NCBI GenBank assembly: GCA_963704725.1
Contig: OY969934.1
Span: 2,944,001 to 3,008,000, forward strand
Source: an uncultured Actinomycetes bacterium
GTDB lineage: Bacteria; Actinomycetota; UBA4738; HRBIN12
Length of the DNA: 64,000 nt
Direction: 5' to 3'
Position 1 is the first letter of the stretch; every line of letters begins with the position of its first letter. The translations under genes and the position numbers were made by a program. The notes beneath the pieces are model-generated. The model worked only from the letters and a program-made list of their open reading frames with translations, was not told the DNA's origin and searched no databases. Shown in pieces: positions 43,290 to 53,299 of the stretch.

Positions 43290-45252
43290 GCAGCGCCTCC
43301 AGCGCGAGGTGCAGGAGCCCGCCGGCCAGGAGGGCGAAGGCGAACACGAACGCCAGCATCGCCGCCGCCGTCCGCGCGCCGTACTCGCGAACGATGACGA
43401 GCAGGCTCGCGATGCAGGGGACGAACAGCGTGATGACCACCAGCGCGACCAGGACCTGCGCGGGCGTGAGGGCGCCCGACAGGGCGAGGGCGAACAGCCC
43501 GGCCGCCCCGTAGTCGCGCCGAAGGAAGCCGATCAGCAGCACGCCCGTCGCGGCCGCGGGCAGGCCGAGCCAGCCGACCACGACCGGCGACAGGCTCCGC
43601 TCGAGCACGCCGAGCACGCCGGTCTCGTCGAGGACGAACAGGATCGCCGTCCCCAGCACGAAGACGGGGATGACCTCCTTCAGGTACCACTCGATGCGCG
43701 CGCCGGTCTTGAGCGCGATGTTCCGCGCCGAGGGCATCCGCATAGGAGGGAGCTCGAGGACGAAGTCCGAGGCCTGCCCGGGGATCACCTTGGCCGACAG
43801 GAACCCCACCCCGAGGAGCGAGCCGAGGACGACGGCCGCCCAGATGGCGACGCCGGCCGCGCCGGTGGACGTGATCATGCCGAGGATCACCCCGAGCTGG
43901 GCCGAGCAGGGCACGGACAGAGCCAGGAGGAGGGTCACCTGGATCCGCTCCTTGCGGGTCTCCAGGATGCGGGTCGTCATCGTCGCCATCGTCACGCAGC
44001 CGAGCCCGAGGACCATGGGAAGCACCGCCTTGCCGTTCAGCCCCATGCGGCGGAAGGTCCGGTCGAGCATCAGCGCCAGCCGTGGCAGGTATCCCGAGTC
44101 CTCCAGCACCCCGAAGGCGAGGAAGAACGTGGAGACGACGGGAAGGATGATGGCCAGGCCGTAGGTGAGGGCCATCGTCACGAGCCCGTACTGCCCCACG
44201 AGGAACCGGCGGGCCACGTCGAGGGGGATCAGGTCGGCCGCGACGTGCCTCGCCCACGGGTTGACGACGTGGCCGAACAGCCGGGTCTCGAGGAGGTCGA
44301 CCAGCGTCCCGGCGCCGAGCCGCCCGACGAGCAGGTACACGAGCCCGAGCACCAGGAACAGGACCGGCCACCCGGCGAGCCGGTGGGCGCCGATCCGGCC
44401 CACCGCCTCCCGCACCGACCCCCGAGCGTGCCCGCCCCGCACGACCCGCTCCAGGATCTCGTCGGCGACGGCGAGCCGCCGGCGGTTCATGGCGTACGCG
44501 AGCGGACCACCGACCAGGCGCTCCGCCTCCCGCCGCGCCCGCGCGACCTCGTCTATCGCCTCATCCGTGAGTTCCAGCCGGCCGATCAGCTCGTCGTCGC
44601 CGGCCAGCAGCATCAGCGCGAGCGAGCGAGCTCGAAGGCCGCTCGGCGGGAGGAGGCCCTCGACGCGCCGGACCGCGTCCTCGATCGGCCCATCGAAGGT
44701 CACGACGTGGGTGCCGGGGCGGGCGGCCGGCAGCTGCCGGACCAGCTCGGGCACGCCCGTTCGCCGCGGCGCCACCGTCGAGACGACGGGGATCCCCAGC
44801 ACGTCGGAGAGGCGTTCGCCGTCCACCGTGATGCCACGGTCCTCGGCCTCGTCCGCCATGTTCAGGACCAGGACCAGGGGCGCACCCGTGTCGGTCAGCT
44901 CGAGGCTGAGCAGGAGCGCCCGCCGGAGGTTCTTCGCGTCGGCCACCTGCACCACGGTCGCCGAGCCGTCGCCGAGCAGGATGTCGCGGGCGACCCGCTC
45001 GTCGTCGGAGAGCGGGACCACACTCCGGATCCCCGGGGTGTCGATGACGGGCCGGGCGTGCCCGTTGACGCCGAGGGTGCCGCGGGCGATCTCCACGGTC
45101 GTGCCCGGGTAGTTCGAGACGGCCACGTAGCGGCCCGTGAGCGCGGCGAACAGGGCCGACTTCCCCACGTTCGGATTGCCGACGAGCAGGATCGGACCCT
45201 GGCGGTCCGACGCCTCGTCCGGAGCCTCGAGATCGCGACCGTGGCAATTCAT
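43273..45252 (-). CDS. feoB: Ferrous iron transporter FeoB
   Basis: GNPNVGKS, NYPGTTVE, DTPG, NMAD GTPase motifs; LEDSGYLPR, GLGC, PCSAQL, FVLELP membrane motifs. Start taken at ATG 45252. Confidence 0.95.
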   Translation of the reverse strand: MNCHGRDLEAPDEASDRQGPILLVGNPNVGKSALFAALTGRYVAVSNYPGTTVEIARGTLGVNGHARPVIDTPGIRSVVPLSDDERVARDILLGDGSATVVQVADAKNLRRALLLSLELTDTGAPLVLVLNMADEAEDRGITVDGERLSDVLGIPVVSTVAPRRTGVPELVRQLPAARPGTHVVTFDGPIEDAVRRVEGLLPPSGLRARSLALMLLAGDDELIGRLELTDEAIDEVARARREAERLVGGPLAYAMNRRRLAVADEILERVVRGGHARGSVREAVGRIGAHRLAGWPVLFLVLGLVYLLVGRLGAGTLVDLLETRLFGHVVNPWARHVAADLIPLDVARRFLVGQYGLVTMALTYGLAIILPVVSTFFLAFGVLEDSGYLPRLALMLDRTFRRMGLNGKAVLPMVLGLGCVTMATMTTRILETRKERIQVTLLLALSVPCSAQLGVILGMITSTGAAGVAIWAAVVLGSLLGVGFLSAKVIPGQASDFVLELPPMRMPSARNIALKTGARIEWYLKEVIPVFVLGTAILFVLDETGVLGVLERSLSPVVVGWLGLPAAATGVLLIGFLRRDYGAAGLFALALSGALTPAQVLVALVVITLFVPCIASLLVIVREYGARTAAAMLAFVFAFALLAGGLLHLALEALHVQIG

Positions 45253-45418
45253 ATCTTCCCGATCGGAATCCTGGATCTCCGATCGGGGCGTCCATACGGC
45301 CGGGCGACCCACCGCGGGAAGGTCGGACGGCTTCAGCACGAGCGCGGGGCGTGGTCGGCGACCGCCGAACGGCCCTGTACCCGCAGCCCCGGGGGGCCGA
45401 TAACGCTTCTAGCCCGAA

Positions 45419-47296
45419 GTGCCTGGATCGTTGCCCCGGGGACGTCGCGACGAAGCCCCAAGGAGGCCGATCGTGTATCCATGGGATCCGGAATCGCCCG
45501 GCTCGGAACCGGCCCCACCGCCGTCGCCATGGATGCCGCCCCCACCGAGCCCGGCGCCTGAGGACCCCGGCATCTCCCCGCCTCCGCTCCCACCGCTCGG
45601 ATCGAGGCCCGAGGGATCGCCGCTTGCGCCCTCGACCCGCCGGGCGCGCCGCTTCCTGGCGGTGGTGATCGCGACGCTGCTCGTGGTCGGGGGCGGTGGC
45701 GCCGCGACCGCGTTCCTCCTGGTCCGAGGGGCGAACGAGCAGCTCCTGCACCTCGTCCCCGCGTCGAGCGAGATCGTCGTGACGGCGTCCCTCGATCCGT
45801 CGGCCGGTCAGAAGGTGAACCTGATGACGCTCGTCCATCGATTCCCCGCGCTCGCGGACGACCAGCGTCTCGGACGGCAGGTCGACGAGGCGCTCGACGA
45901 GGCGCTCGACGGCTCCGGCCTCACCCACCAAGACGTGCGTCCGTGGCTCGGGTCGGAGGTGGCGGTCGTCGTGGACCTGTGGCCGGACAACGCTCCGACG
46001 GCATCCCTCTTCATCGCCACCACGGACGACGGCGCGGCAGCCACAGCCCTGGAGACGGGTCTCAGCTCGTGGGGCAGCGAGGAGACGAGCGAGTACCAGG
46101 GCGTGACCGTGCATACCTTCAGCCTCGGCTCCTCGTCCACGAGCTTCGCGATCGTCGACCACGTCGTGGTGCTCGGCGAGCAGACGACCGGTCTCACCCG
46201 GGTGATCGACGTGTCGCACGGCACGACGCCGGCCATCGCCGACGATCCGGCGTTCCTGGACACGATCTCGTCGTTGCCCGAGGGGAGGCTCGGGCTCGCG
46301 TACGTGAACGCCGCCGAGGTGGTCGAGCAGGCCCTGGCGGCGAGCGGCGTGCCCGCGGCGACCGGCGCCGTTCCCGGCCTCGACACGATCCTGGCGATCG
46401 AGGGGATCGGGATGGCGCTGTCCGCCCATCCCGACGGCCTGGCGCTCGACGTCGCGATGCGCCTCGACCCGTCGAAGCTCGACCCGGCCACTCGAGCGCA
46501 ACTGGATCAACCCGCCCACGAGAACGCGATGCTCCCGTTCGTCCCCGCGGACTCGTTCGTGGTGGCGACGCAGGAGGACGTGGACACGAACCTGAAGCAG
46601 GTCCTGGACCAGATGCTCGCCACGCCCGAGGGGGAGCAGGTCCGTCAACGACTGGGCGTGGACGACACGCTGGCCGCCCTCACCGGCGACGTCGCGTTCG
46701 TGGTCGGCCCGGGCTCGGGCGCGGTCCCCCTCGGCGGCGCGATCCTCATCGGCGTGAGCGACGAGCCGGCCGCCCAACACACCCTCGACGAGCTCGCCGG
46801 CCTGGTGCTGGCCGCCCAGCGGAGGTCGGAGTCGGCCGCGCTCTCCCAGAGCGGTTCCTCCGAGTCGCAGCTCCTGGTGCTGAGCGCTTCCCACCCTCGC
46901 TCGAAGATCGCGTGGAGGACCTCTACCTACCAGGGCACGACGATCCGATACCTGGACGATCCGAGCATCTCCAGCGCGGGGTTCCTCCCGGCCTACGCGG
47001 TGTTCGACGGCGCCGCGATCATCGGATCCGGCCCGGCCGAGATCCGGAAGGTGATCGACGCGAAGAGCGGGAACGAAGCGAACATCACCGCGGCGTCCAC
47101 CTACACGCAGGCCCTGGCCCGAGTTCCGGTGGGCGGGAGCACGCTCTACGTCGATGCGGCGGCGGTGATCTCGATGCTGACGCCGATGCTGCCACCCGAG
47201 GTCATCCCGAACCTCGAGCCCTTGCGGACCGTGGTCGAGGGAACCAGCAACTCGTCGTCGCTGATCACCTACCGCCTCTTCGTGGAGATCGGGTGA
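45419..47296 (+). CDS. DUF3352-like membrane-anchored protein with Pro-rich N-terminus
   Basis: Pro-rich stretch, single TM, LVPA...LDPSAGQK, DVRPWLGSE, YQGVTV repeated domain. True start may be downstream of 45419. Confidence 0.75.
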   Translation: MPGSLPRGRRDEAPRRPIVYPWDPESPGSEPAPPPSPWMPPPPSPAPEDPGISPPPLPPLGSRPEGSPLAPSTRRARRFLAVVIATLLVVGGGGAATAFLLVRGANEQLLHLVPASSEIVVTASLDPSAGQKVNLMTLVHRFPALADDQRLGRQVDEALDEALDGSGLTHQDVRPWLGSEVAVVVDLWPDNAPTASLFIATTDDGAAATALETGLSSWGSEETSEYQGVTVHTFSLGSSSTSFAIVDHVVVLGEQTTGLTRVIDVSHGTTPAIADDPAFLDTISSLPEGRLGLAYVNAAEVVEQALAASGVPAATGAVPGLDTILAIEGIGMALSAHPDGLALDVAMRLDPSKLDPATRAQLDQPAHENAMLPFVPADSFVVATQEDVDTNLKQVLDQMLATPEGEQVRQRLGVDDTLAALTGDVAFVVGPGSGAVPLGGAILIGVSDEPAAQHTLDELAGLVLAAQRRSESAALSQSGSSESQLLVLSASHPRSKIAWRTSTYQGTTIRYLDDPSISSAGFLPAYAVFDGAAIIGSGPAEIRKVIDAKSGNEANITAASTYTQALARVPVGGSTLYVDAAAVISMLTPMLPPEVIPNLEPLRTVVEGTSNSSSLITYRLFVEIG

Positions 47297-47400
47297 CGGA
47301 CCGAAGCTTGCCACTCGTCATCGTCCTCGAGCGGCGTGTCGGGGCCGGATGAGCCGTCCCGTCCTGGCCGTAGCCTGAGTCCTGACGTAGGTTCGTCTCG

Positions 47401-47955
47401 ATGGCATTCGTGGCACACCCGGTGACGAGCGAGCGGTGGCCGGACCTGGTCGAGCTGTTCGATCGGCCGATCGTTCGAACTTGCTTCTGCATGTTCTACC
47501 GGAAGACGGGAACGGGCACCGGCGTCGGCCGGGAGAACCGGCGCGCGATGAAGGCCCTCGTGGATCGGGGCACCGTGCCCGGACTCATCGGGTACGAGGA
47601 TGGCGTTCCGGTCGCGTGGGTCTCGCTCGGGCGGCGCGAAGAGTACGCGAAGCTCCGCCGATCCCCGATCATGAAGCCGGTCGACGACCGTCCCGTGTGG
47701 TCCATCGTGTGCTTCTTCGTCGACCGGCGCGCCCGCAGCCGCGGACTTGCGGACCGGATGCTTCGTGCTGCCGTTGACTACGCCCGATCGTGCGGCGCCC
47801 GCCTCGTGGAGGCCTATCCCGTGGACAGGGCGGAGCGAAGCCACCCCGACGACCTGTTCTTCGGAGCCAAGTCCATGTTCGACCGCACCGGGTTCCGGGA
47901 GGTGGCCCGCCGGAAACCGTCGCGGCCGGTCGTGCGCAAGGCGCTTCGGCCCTGA
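47401..47955 (+). CDS. GNAT-family N-acetyltransferase
   Basis: CFCMFYR, PVAWVSLG, WSIVCFFVDRRARSRGLA, VEAYPVD, GFREVAR. Confidence 0.9.
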   Translation: MAFVAHPVTSERWPDLVELFDRPIVRTCFCMFYRKTGTGTGVGRENRRAMKALVDRGTVPGLIGYEDGVPVAWVSLGRREEYAKLRRSPIMKPVDDRPVWSIVCFFVDRRARSRGLADRMLRAAVDYARSCGARLVEAYPVDRAERSHPDDLFFGAKSMFDRTGFREVARRKPSRPVVRKALRP

Positions 47956-48192
47956 GGTGAACGATCCGCTCGACGTCGACTGCCCACAACAGGCGCTGTC
48001 TCTCTGTGCGCGTGGTGTGTGTGGTTGGCCATCGAAGACCCGGGCGGTTCACGTTGGCGATCGTCGCCACGTAGAGCCACCTCCTCGCCAACCCTAGTCG
48101 CCGGTCTTGATGAGGTGCGTTGCGGAGCACCGCTCTTGGAGGGAGTCTGGATCGATCGGAGTCCGCGGTTCGGGAAGGAGAGGAGATACGAC

Positions 48193-48576
48193 ATGCGTGT
48201 GATGTTGCTGATCAAGGGGGACCCAGAACCGGGCGCGCGGCCCAGCGACGAACTCCTCGCCGCGATGGGCAGGTACAACGACGAACTCAAGCAGGCCGGA
48301 GTGCTCCTCGACCTTGCGGGGCTCCACCCAAGCGGCGAAGGGAAGCGGGTGAGGTTCTCTGCGGGGGATCGCACCGTCGTCGACGGACCTTTCGGCGAGA
48401 AGGACGCGGTCGCCGGCTACTGGATCCTCGACATGCAGTCGATGGACGAAGCCGTCGAATGGGCAACCCGTGTGCCCTTCGAGGCGCTTGCCCGGATCTA
48501 CCCAGGCGAGTACGGCGCTCAGGGCGAGGTCGAGGTACGTCAGGTGTTCGAGCTGGATGGGGTGGACACGCTGTGA
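48193..48576 (+). CDS. YciI/DGPF-family protein
   Basis: AGGAG SD; MGRYNDELKQAGVLL..AGLHPS...VVDGPF..K..VAGYW...EAVEW...EVRQV. Confidence 0.9.
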   Translation: MRVMLLIKGDPEPGARPSDELLAAMGRYNDELKQAGVLLDLAGLHPSGEGKRVRFSAGDRTVVDGPFGEKDAVAGYWILDMQSMDEAVEWATRVPFEALARIYPGEYGAQGEVEVRQVFELDGVDTL

Positions 48577-48736
48577 TCGCCGAACCCCCGCCCACGATCG
48601 CCGAGTCCCCGAGAACCTCCGGCTCTCCCCCGTCACCGCGCTCGGCCTCCCCTGCTTCGAAGCGAACGCGACGGCCCACCGAGCCGATCGGCCGCGGAGG
48701 GGCCGGGCGTATACTCCGGCCGACAACTGCATCCCC

Positions 48737-49690
48737 ATGGCCCAGCAGTACTCGTTTCCGTCCCGCGGCGCGGGGCATGATTCGTCGCGCCGAACGGGCT
48801 TCGCCGTCTTCTGCACCGTTCTCGGTGCACTGATCGTGCTGTTGGTCGGCTATGCCCCGGCCCCGTGGCACCGTGTGTCGGCGGCGCCGTTGCCCCCATC
48901 GAGCCGGCTCGACCGAAGTGTCGAGGTCCCCCCCCGCTCGACAGCTCGCGAGGACGCGACGGGCCCCACCACCGGCGGCCCCGCGCAGCGGGACGCCGAC
49001 CGCGCCACGGGGGCTGGAGCGGCCAATGCCACGATCCGGGACCTCGTCGCCCAGGGGGAGCCAGTGCACTGCGGAGCCGGCACGAAGCCCCTCGTCGCTC
49101 TCACCTTCGACGACGGCCCGGGCCCGTACACGCAGGCCACGCTGGACCTTCTGCGGGCGAACGGCATGACGGCCACCTTCTTCACCGTCGGCAAGCTCTA
49201 CGAGGACCCGCGGTTCCGCGGGCTGCTTCGTGAGGAGGCCCGGGTCGGCGCCGTCGGCGACCACACCTGGGATCACGTGGCCGTCGCCGGCCTGTCCGCG
49301 GAGGGCCTCGCCTCGGAGATCGGCGACACCAGGACCGAGGCCGCCCGGCTGTCGGGCGGGCCCGTGTTCCTGTTCCGCCCTCCCCTCGGGCGGCACGACC
49401 CCGCCGTCGACGCGTACGTCCAGTCCCACGACATGCTCGACGTGCTGTGGGACCTCGACAGCGGGGATTCGCAGGGAGCGAACGCGGAGCAGATCTACGA
49501 GACGGTGGCCGCCGAGCTCGCACCCGGCGACATCGTGCTGTTCCACGAGAACCGGGGAACGACCCAGCTCGCGCTGCCCCGGATCCTGGAGCTGATCCGG
49601 GAGCAGGGGTACCGCACGGTCACCGTGCCACAGCTCCTGCGGTTGGACCCGCCGTCGCGGGCCCAGCTCGACGCACACACGTGCCGGTGA
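48737..49690 (+). CDS. Membrane-anchored polysaccharide deacetylase (NodB/CE4)
   Basis: TM helix; VALTFDDGP, HTWDH, FRPP, DSGD, IVLFHE. Confidence 0.9.
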   Translation: MAQQYSFPSRGAGHDSSRRTGFAVFCTVLGALIVLLVGYAPAPWHRVSAAPLPPSSRLDRSVEVPPRSTAREDATGPTTGGPAQRDADRATGAGAANATIRDLVAQGEPVHCGAGTKPLVALTFDDGPGPYTQATLDLLRANGMTATFFTVGKLYEDPRFRGLLREEARVGAVGDHTWDHVAVAGLSAEGLASEIGDTRTEAARLSGGPVFLFRPPLGRHDPAVDAYVQSHDMLDVLWDLDSGDSQGANAEQIYETVAAELAPGDIVLFHENRGTTQLALPRILELIREQGYRTVTVPQLLRLDPPSRAQLDAHTCR

Positions 49691-49838
49691 GGCCTCGGCG
49701 GGGTGAGCCCGCCCTGGATCCCCGTTCGCGCCTCAGGGCTCGGGACGCCCCGGTGGCGCGGTGGGGGGGCTCATCAGCGCGTCGAGGCGTGACCGCCGGC
49801 CGCATCGCCGCCCAACGCTACTCCCCGACCCCTCTACC

Positions 49839-50858
49839 ATGGTCGATGGACCCGCGGACCCGTTCGACGATGAAGGGACGGCAGTGGACGCGCCTCAACC
49901 CGGCCGGCCTTCGATCGATGACGCGCTGATCCTGACCGAGACCCTAACGAAGGTGTACCCGACCGGGGTGAGGGCCGTCGACGCCCTCGACCTTCGGGTG
50001 CGGGAGGGGGAGATCTTCGGCCTCCTTGGGCCGAACGGTGCGGGCAAGACCACCACGGTCGGGATGCTGACCACCCGGGTCATCCCCACGGCGGGCCGAG
50101 CGTTCCTCGCCGGGGTCGACGTCGTGGCCCACCCATCGCGAGCCAAGCGGATGATCGGCGTCGTCTCGCAGACGAACACACTCGACCGGAGCCTGACCGT
50201 CCGCGAGAACCTCTACTACCACGGCCGTTACTTCGGGCTGGGGGCGCAGCAGTCGCGGCGGGTGGCGGATCGTCTGCTGGAGGTCTTCCGGTTGACCGAC
50301 CGCGCGGACGCCACCGTCGACACGCTCTCCGGCGGCATGGCGCAACGCCTGATGGTGGCGCGGAGCATCGTGCACCGGCCGCGGATCCTGTTCCTGGACG
50401 AGCCGACGTCGGGCCTGGACCCGCAGTCGCGGATCGCGATGTGGGAGATCCTGCATGAGATCCACGCCGACGGGCAGACGGTCCTGCTCACCACGCACTA
50501 CATGGAGGAGGCCGACAAGCTGTGCGAGCGCCTGGCGGTTATGGACCACGGCCGGATCCTGGCGCTCGACACCCCCGACGCGCTGAAAGAGACGGTCGGC
50601 GGGGACACGGTCGTGCGGATCGTGGCCGAGGGCGATCGCGAGCGCCTGGCCGAGGAGATGCGCTCGCTGCCCGGCGTGACGGACGCGCGCGCCCTCGACG
50701 GCGTCGTGCACCTCACCGCGCGCGGGAGCGAGGGGCTCCTTCCACGCGCCCTCACCCACGCCGAGGCGGCCGGGTTCATCGTCCGCGACCTGTCCATCGA
50801 CGTCCCGACGCTGGAGACGGTGTTCATCAACCTCACGGGAACGGACCTGCGCGAATGA
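49839..50858 (+). CDS. ABC exporter ATP-binding protein (DrrA-like)
   Basis: GPNGAGKTT, LSGGM, FLDEPTSGLDP, TTHYMEEA, PTLETVF. Confidence 0.92.
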   Translation: MVDGPADPFDDEGTAVDAPQPGRPSIDDALILTETLTKVYPTGVRAVDALDLRVREGEIFGLLGPNGAGKTTTVGMLTTRVIPTAGRAFLAGVDVVAHPSRAKRMIGVVSQTNTLDRSLTVRENLYYHGRYFGLGAQQSRRVADRLLEVFRLTDRADATVDTLSGGMAQRLMVARSIVHRPRILFLDEPTSGLDPQSRIAMWEILHEIHADGQTVLLTTHYMEEADKLCERLAVMDHGRILALDTPDALKETVGGDTVVRIVAEGDRERLAEEMRSLPGVTDARALDGVVHLTARGSEGLLPRALTHAEAAGFIVRDLSIDVPTLETVFINLTGTDLRE

Positions 50859-51709
50859 CGGTCGCCGAGGACGGCACACGCGAGCTCGCGGCGACGCTGC
50901 CCGAGATCGAGGCCTACACGAGCACGCCGTGGATCGCATTCGGCTCGCTGCTCCTACGCGACCTCACCGTCCTGCGGAAGAACGCCATCGAGTTCACCGT
51001 GCGCACGATCATGCAGCCGCTGCTGTTCGTCTTCGTGTTCACGTACGTCTTCCCGAAGATCGGGCAGGCCATCGGGGGGCGCGGCGGCGAGCAGACCTTC
51101 TCCAGCCTGCTCGTGCCCGGCGTCGTGGCGATCGCCTGCATCTTCCAGGGCATCCAGGCGGTCGCCCTGCCCCTGGTGCAGGACTTCGGCTACAGCCGCG
51201 AGATCGAGGACCGGGTGATGGCGCCGCTGCCGGTCTCGGCGGTCGCCGTCGAGAAGGTGCTGGCCGGCGCCATCCAGGGCCTGGTGGCCGCGGCGATCGT
51301 GTTCCCCCTGGCCGCCGTGGTCCCCGCCACCGCCGTGCACCTGAACGTCCGGCCGCTCGAGCTCGCCACCGTCCTCCCCCTCGCCGCGCTCCTCGGCGCG
51401 TCGCTGGGGCTCGCCATCGGGACCCGGGTGAACCCGCGCCAGGTCCCCTTGCTGTTCGGCGTCGTGGTCATCCCGATCACGTTCCTCGGCGCCACCTACT
51501 ACCCGTGGTCGAGCCTCAGCCCCATCGCCTGGCTGAAGTGGCTCGTGCTGGTGAACCCGCTCGTGTACATGAGCGAGGGGTTCCGGCTCTCGCTCACGCC
51601 CCAGTTCCCCCACATGCCGACGGTGGCCGTGTATCTCGCCCTGATCGGGTTCATCGTAGGGCTGGGGAGCTGGGGCATCCAGGGCTTCCGCAAGCGCGTG
51701 CTCACCTGA
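50855..51709 (+). CDS. ABC-2 type permease
   Basis: ~6 TM; QPLLFVFVF, LVPG, NPLVYMSEG; overlaps the ATPase stop. Confidence 0.9.
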   Translation: MTVAEDGTRELAATLPEIEAYTSTPWIAFGSLLLRDLTVLRKNAIEFTVRTIMQPLLFVFVFTYVFPKIGQAIGGRGGEQTFSSLLVPGVVAIACIFQGIQAVALPLVQDFGYSREIEDRVMAPLPVSAVAVEKVLAGAIQGLVAAAIVFPLAAVVPATAVHLNVRPLELATVLPLAALLGASLGLAIGTRVNPRQVPLLFGVVVIPITFLGATYYPWSSLSPIAWLKWLVLVNPLVYMSEGFRLSLTPQFPHMPTVAVYLALIGFIVGLGSWGIQGFRKRVLT

Positions 51710-51913
51710 TCCCCGGCCGCCGACCGGGCCAGCCCTCCGGGCGACGCCGACGGCCGGTCGGACTCGTTCTCGGCGACATCGCCCAGCCAACCGCGAGCGC
51801 CTCTGGAGTCGCGATCGCCTCGTAGAGGCGCCCGCGCCCACGAGGAGCTGCTCGAGGATGAGGCGGATGTCACCCGTGTGCGGCGGCGAGATGGTCGTCC
51901 TGCATGGAGGCGC

Positions 51914-53299
51914 TCAGGTTCCGGTGGATCCGGCCGCGATCCGGCCGTCGTGGATCGTGAGCGTGCGGTCGAGGTACCGCTTGGCCGCCTCGTCGTGGGT
52001 GGCCATGAGGCACGAGGTCCCGGCGTCGCATGCGTCGCGGAGCGCGCCGAACACGCGCTCGGTCCAGCCCCGGTCTTGATGGCCGGTCGGCTCGTCCGCC
52101 ACGACGATCCTCGGCCGGAGAAGCAGGGCCCGGGCCAGGGCGGCTCGCTGCTGCTCGCCCACGGAGGTCTCGAACGGGCGGCGCTCGGCGAGCTCGGTCA
52201 GCCCGAACGTCTCGAGCAGCTCGTCGACGCGGCCGGCGTATCGCTCCAAGGAGCCGCCGAGCTTGGCGGGGTGCGCGACGTTCTCGCGAACGCTCAGCTC
52301 GTCGATGAGCCCGAGCTTCTGCGGCAAGACCGCGACGTCCTTCCACGCGGGCGGACCGGATCCGCCCGTCGGCCCCGGGCGGTCGATCACGCCGTGGTCG
52401 GGGTGCTCCCACCCCGCCACGAGGTTCAGCAGCGTCGTCTTCCCGGATCCCGAACGTCCGACGACGCCCACGAGCTCGCCCTCGCGGACGGCGAGGGACA
52501 CGCCATCCACCGCGTGAACGAGGTCCGACCCTCGCGCGTACGTCTTCGAGACGTCGTCGAGTCCAAGCACCGTCGGCGCGTCCGGCTCGACGGCGGATGC
52601 GAAGCCGCCGACGGGGGTCGCCCCCGAGGGCGGTCTCCTGGGATCGACCACTTCGCCGTGATCCAGCCGCAGCAGGACGTCGGCCATGCGCATCACCGTC
52701 GCGTCGTGGGTCGCGAGCACGAAGGTCACCCCGCGCCCTCGAAGGTTCCGGATCGCATCGAGGACGGCCTCGGCGGAGGCCGTATCGAGCTCCGCGGTCG
52801 GCTCGTCGGCGACCACGACGCGAGCGCCGCCCACGAGCACCTGGGCGAACGCGGCCCGCTGCTGCTCGCCGCCCGAGAGCTCCACCGGCAGGTGGTCGAC
52901 CCGGTCCGCCATCCCGAGGGCGTCGAGGACGTCGCGGGGATGCCCGTCGCGCGCGACGCGGTCCAGGTGCTCTCCGACCGTGAGGTACGGCAGGAGATTG
53001 TCGGAGGGTCGCTGGAACACGTAGCCGATCCGTTCGCGCCGGAGCCGCCGGCGGATGCCGGAGGAAGCACGCCCGACGGACGTCCCCGCCACCACGATGG
53101 AGCCGGACGTGGGAAGATCCATGCCGGCGATGAGCCGCAGCAACGAGGACTTCCCGCTCCCGCTCGGTCCGGCGACGGCGACGAGCGCGGACGGAGGGAA
53201 CGAGGCGCTCACCCCGCGAAGCGCCCGCACCTGCCCGGTCGCCGTGCGGTAGGTCTTCACGACGTCCTGACAGAGGACCACCGCCTCCTCACTCCGCAA
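51914..53299 (-). CDS. ABC transporter ATP-binding protein with two fused LolD-type ATPase domains
   Basis: GPSGSGKS/LSGGEQQR/DEPT and GRSGSGKTT/SVGEQQR/DEPT. Confidence 0.9.
   Translation of the reverse strand: MRSEEAVVLCQDVVKTYRTATGQVRALRGVSASFPPSALVAVAGPSGSGKSSLLRLIAGMDLPTSGSIVVAGTSVGRASSGIRRRLRRERIGYVFQRPSDNLLPYLTVGEHLDRVARDGHPRDVLDALGMADRVDHLPVELSGGEQQRAAFAQVLVGGARVVVADEPTAELDTASAEAVLDAIRNLRGRGVTFVLATHDATVMRMADVLLRLDHGEVVDPRRPPSGATPVGGFASAVEPDAPTVLGLDDVSKTYARGSDLVHAVDGVSLAVREGELVGVVGRSGSGKTTLLNLVAGWEHPDHGVIDRPGPTGGSGPPAWKDVAVLPQKLGLIDELSVRENVAHPAKLGGSLERYAGRVDELLETFGLTELAERRPFETSVGEQQRAALARALLLRPRIVVADEPTGHQDRGWTERVFGALRDACDAGTSCLMATHDEAAKRYLDRTLTIHDGRIAAGSTGT

Noticed and set aside
45253-45420. 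IdeR/DtxR or Fur box upstream of feoB
   Set aside because: No convincing AT-rich palindrome found by eye.
47956-48192. Possible gene remnant or ECF-type promoter upstream of the YciI gene
   Set aside because: No recognisable protein motif and only a loose resemblance to ECF promoter consensus.
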